In this document: piece by piece, positions 60,600-64,000 of the stretch | How the letters are laid out: every line of letters starts with the position of its first letter | Position numbering within the stretch: the stretch's first letter is position 1 | From: Lama guanicoe | Lineage: Eukaryota | NCBI GenBank assembly: GCA_013239625.1 | Contig: MU054187.1 | Coordinates: 17,228,711-17,292,710 of the forward strand | Direction of reading: 5' to 3' | DNA: 64,000 bases | Position numbers and translations under genes: made by a program | Notes under the pieces: model-generated | Told to the model about the DNA's origin: nothing | What the model saw: the letters and a program-made list of their open reading frames with translations, nothing else | Databases searched by the model: none

Positions 60600-60790
60600 T
60601 GAGTGGCTGAAACAGAGTAAGATAGGACAGCAGTAAAAAATGAACTTGAAAGGACAGGCAGAGGCCAAGCCCACAAAGGCACACGTGTTTTAAGCATCAT
60701 AAGAAGATGTTTGAAGAATTTAAGCAAATGATGATGCTATAGTCTGATTTTACCTGAAAGACTGGGAAAAGGAAATTCACTTGATTTGAG
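60600..60790 (-). mobile_element. L2 fragment
   Basis: GATGTTTGAAGAATTTAAGCAAATGATGATGCTATAGTCTGATTTTAC resembles antisense L2 internal consensus. Confidence 0.45.
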
Positions 60791-61881
60791 GACTGCATCT
60801 TTCTAGGTACATGACTTGTTTTTATGAGACTTCCTCAATGGAGCAGGTTGCAGGAGAATGTGGAATCCAGGAGACCTACGATAGCTTTTACCAATGTGCG
60901 TGGAGCTCAGTCAATGGCATTTTCATATTCATGTCTCAGTTTGCCCCCTGTTTATTTCAAATGTGTCTTATATGCTATTCAATATGGGCATTGCTTTCAC
61001 AGAAAGGGAAACAAATAGGAAACACACTTCGACTAAAGAAGCCGTACCCAGGAAAATCCTCCTAATGCAACCGTCTGTCTCATCTGACCCCGAGAGAGAA
61101 TTCTAATAATGTTATCATTTCAATCCCATTTCAGGCACTTTGCATTTTTATGTATGCTAAAGAATTCTGCAAGTCATCCAACTGGCATAAGCCATAAGGA
61201 AACTTCCTTTAGAGCACAGGTGTACAAGCAAACAAGTTCTTCTGTGCTTGAAAACTGATCCTTCCATATAGCAGACTTCTCAGCAGCAGGCTCAACTGGC
61301 AGGAAGAGGTGGAGGCGCACACAGCTGTCAGGTAGAGGGACCAGCTGGGAGTCACCTCCTGTCCCCTTCTAGTGGGGTCAGGAGTAGATACTGTCTCCCT
61401 GAACTATCCTTTCACAGCCACACAGCCAATTTGGATTTATTAAAACAGAGATAAGTCACTCTGGATGTGTGCATGTTTTTGTTTCTCTTTTTAAGAAAGA
61501 AAAGATGGAAGGAAGGAGGGAAGGAAGGAAGGAAAAGGGAACAGTGGAATATTAAATTCTCTTTGTAGGTTTAGACAAGTGTAACCAGCTGGTTAGTTCT
61601 GGATGCCCTGGAGAGGTCATCTCGTGTCACTTGGTCTATGTAGGGGGCAGTGGATTGTAAACATCTTTTAAAAGCAAAACAGTGCCAAGAATATACCAAA
61701 GTAGTATTAAAGTGAATAGTTAAACATAATGCAATGGTCAGATTTAGGCTTCAAGTGTATCACGGAAACCTGGAGGGAAGCCCTAGAATCCTGAGAGGAC
61801 GCCCTTTGTGACCTGCTCCAGGCGGGGTTCTGCTTTGTCCACAAAAGCTGTGATATTCCATATTAGCAAATTAAATCATTA

Positions 61882-63025
61882 TACAACTCAATGGCAACAA
61901 CAAAAAAAACCCCAAACAACCCAATTAAAAAATGGGCAGAAGACCTAAAAAGACAGTTCTCCAGTGACAACGTTCAGATGGCCAATAGGCACATGAAAAG
62001 ATGCTCAGTGTCACTAATTATTAGAGAAATGCAAACCAAAACTACAATGAGGTATCACCTCTCACCAGTCAGAATGGCCGTCATTAAAAAGTCTGCAAAC
62101 AATAAATGCTGGAGAGGGTGTGGAGAAAAGGCAACCCTCCTACCCTGTTGGTGGGAATATAATTTGGGGCAGCCACTATGGAAAACAGTATGAAGATTCC
62201 TTCAAAAACTATAATTAGACTTACCATATGATCCAGCAATCCCACTCTTGGGCATATATGCAGATAAAACTCCAATTCAAAAAGATACAGGCAGCAGGGA
62301 GGGTATAGCTCAAGTAGCAGAATGCATGCCTAGCATGAATGAGGTCCTGGGTTCAATGCCCAGTACCTCCTCTAAAAAATAAATAAATGAATCTAATTAC
62401 CCCTCACCAACCCCCCAAAATAAAAGTAAATACATTAAAAACAAGAACAAAAAGACACATGCATTCTAATGTTCATAGCAGCACTATGAACCCAATGTTC
62501 ATACTTAATACAATAGTCAAGACATGGAAGCAACCTAAATGTCCATTGACAGATGATTGCGTAAAGAAGATGTGATTTATATATATATAATATAAATATA
62601 TATAAATAAATATAAATATATATACATTTATTTCAATAGTACTTAGCCATGAAAGAGAATAAAATAATGCCATTTACAGCAACATGGATGGATCTGAAGA
62701 TTATCACACTTAGTGAAGTAAATTAGACAGAGAAAGACAAGTATCACATGATATCACTTATATGTGGAATCTAAAAAAAATGACATAAATGAACTTATTT
62801 ACAAAACAGAAACAGACTCAACAGACATAGAAAATAAACTTATTGTTACCAAAGGGGAAAGGTGATGGGAGGGATAAATTAGGACTATGGGATTAACAGA
62901 TATAAACTACTGTAAATAAAATAGATAAACAATGAGGTCCTACTGTTTAGCACTGAGAACGATATTCAAACTAAGCTATAGAAACTAACACAACATTGCA
63001 AATCAATTATACTTCAGTAAAAAAG
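61882..63025 (+). mobile_element. young 5'-truncated LINE-1 with 14-bp TSD
   Basis: ORF 61891-62193 ([48 protein letters not shown]) is the L1 ORF2 C-terminus; perfect TSD AAATTAAATCATTA at 61868-61881 and 63026-63039. Confidence 0.95.
62294..62447 (+). mobile_element. camelid tRNA-derived SINE (Vic-1 type) nested in L1
   Basis: GGGAGGGTATAGCTCAAGTAGCAGA (A box), GGGTTCAATGCCC (B box), AATCTAATTACCCC tail; TSD CAAAAAGATACAGGCA (62278-62293) / CAAAAAGACACATGCA (62448-62463). Confidence 0.92.
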
Positions 63026-63096
63026 AAATTAAATCATTAACTAATTTCCAAAACCTACATTTTTCATATATTGTCAAAACCTGAAATACAATACAG

Positions 63097-63936
63097 NNNN
63101 NNNNNNNNNNNNNNNNNNNNNNNNNNNNNNNNNNNNNNNNNNNNNNNNNNNNNNNNNNNNNNNNNNNNNNNNNNNNNNNNNNNNNNNNNNNNNNNNNNNN
63201 NNNNNNNNNNNNNNNNNNNNNNNNNNNNNNNNNNNNNNNNNNNNNNNNNNNNNNNNNNNNNNNNNNNNNNNNNNNNNNNNNNNNNNNNNNNNNNNNNNNN
63301 NNNNNNNNNNNNNNNNNNNNNNNNNNNNNNNNNNNNNNNNNNNNNNNNNNNNNNNNNNNNNNNNNNNNNNNNNNNNNNNNNNNNNNNNNNNNNNNNNNNN
63401 NNNNNNNNNNNNNNNNNNNNNNNNNNNNNNNNNNNNNNNNNNNNNNNNNNNNNNNNNNNNNNNNNNNNNNNNNNNNNNNNNNNNNNNNNNNNNNNNNNNN
63501 NNNNNNNNNNNNNNNNNNNNNNNNNNNNNNNNNNNNNNNNNNNNNNNNNNNNNNNNNNNNNNNNNNNNNNNNNNNNNNNNNNNNNNNNNNNNNNNNNNNN
63601 NNNNNNNNNNNNNNNNNNNNNNNNNNNNNNNNNNNNNNNNNNNNNNNNNNNNNNNNNNNNNNNNNNNNNNNNNNNNNNNNNNNNNNNNNNNNNNNNNNNN
63701 NNNNNNNNNNNNNNNNNNNNNNNNNNNNNNNNNNNNNNNNNNNNNNNNNNNNNNNNNNNNNNNNNNNNNNNNNNNNNNNNNNNNNNNNNNNNNNNNNNNN
63801 NNNNNNNNNNNNNNNNNNNNNNNNNNNNNNNNNNNNNNNNNNNNNNNNNNNNNNNNNNNNNNNNNNNNNNNNNNNNNNNNNNNNNNNNNNNNNNNNNNNN
63901 NNNNNNNNNNNNNNNNNNNNNNNNNNNNNNNNNNNN
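63097..63936. other. assembly gap (840 N)
   Basis: Run of N. Confidence 1.
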
Positions 63937-64000
63937 CCCCAAACAACCCAATTAAAAAATGGGCAGAAGACCTAAAAAGACAGTTCTCCAGTGACAACGT
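63937..64000 (+). mobile_element. L1 fragment identical to 61910-61973
   Basis: 64/64 identical to the earlier L1 copy. Confidence 0.95.

Noticed and set aside
1402..62673. Short ORFs (60-135 aa) in the six-frame track as host genes
   Set aside because: The interpretable ones are L1 ORF2 pieces (either strand) or ERVL remnants; the rest look like random AT-rich translations with no recognisable domain or consistent exon chain.
63064..63997. ~300-aa ORFs
   Set aside because: Artefacts of translating through the N gap.

Overview
Mammalian genomic DNA, almost certainly camelid: it carries two Vic-1-type tRNA-derived SINEs and artiodactyl-type L1 3' ends. The window is AT-rich and non-coding. 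I find no host protein-coding exon, rRNA/tRNA gene or CRISPR array; every ORF I can interpret is a decayed transposon fragment. Roughly half the window is recognisable interspersed repeat: many L1 fragments of different ages, ERVL remnants (LTR16-type LTR plus internal; pol/integrase/dUTPase plus MLT2-type LTR; MER74-, LTR33- and MER21-type LTRs), MaLR, an ERV1-type solo LTR, MIR, L2, CR1/L3 and MER2. Structural highlights: a ~2.07-kb tandem duplication (~99% identical, 2-bp junction microhomology); a probable overlap artefact across an 840-N gap; an L1 with an apparent ~58-bp target-site duplication; a palindromic element with a TTAGGG core; and a ~12.5-kb repeat-poor block holding enhancer-like segments, splice-signal clusters and two candidate recursive (AG|GTAAG) splice sites. 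Repeat subfamily names come from recalled consensus similarity, not a database search, so they are approximate. No novel gene system is demonstrable; the best leads are regulatory or splicing elements of a probable long intron or lncRNA locus.
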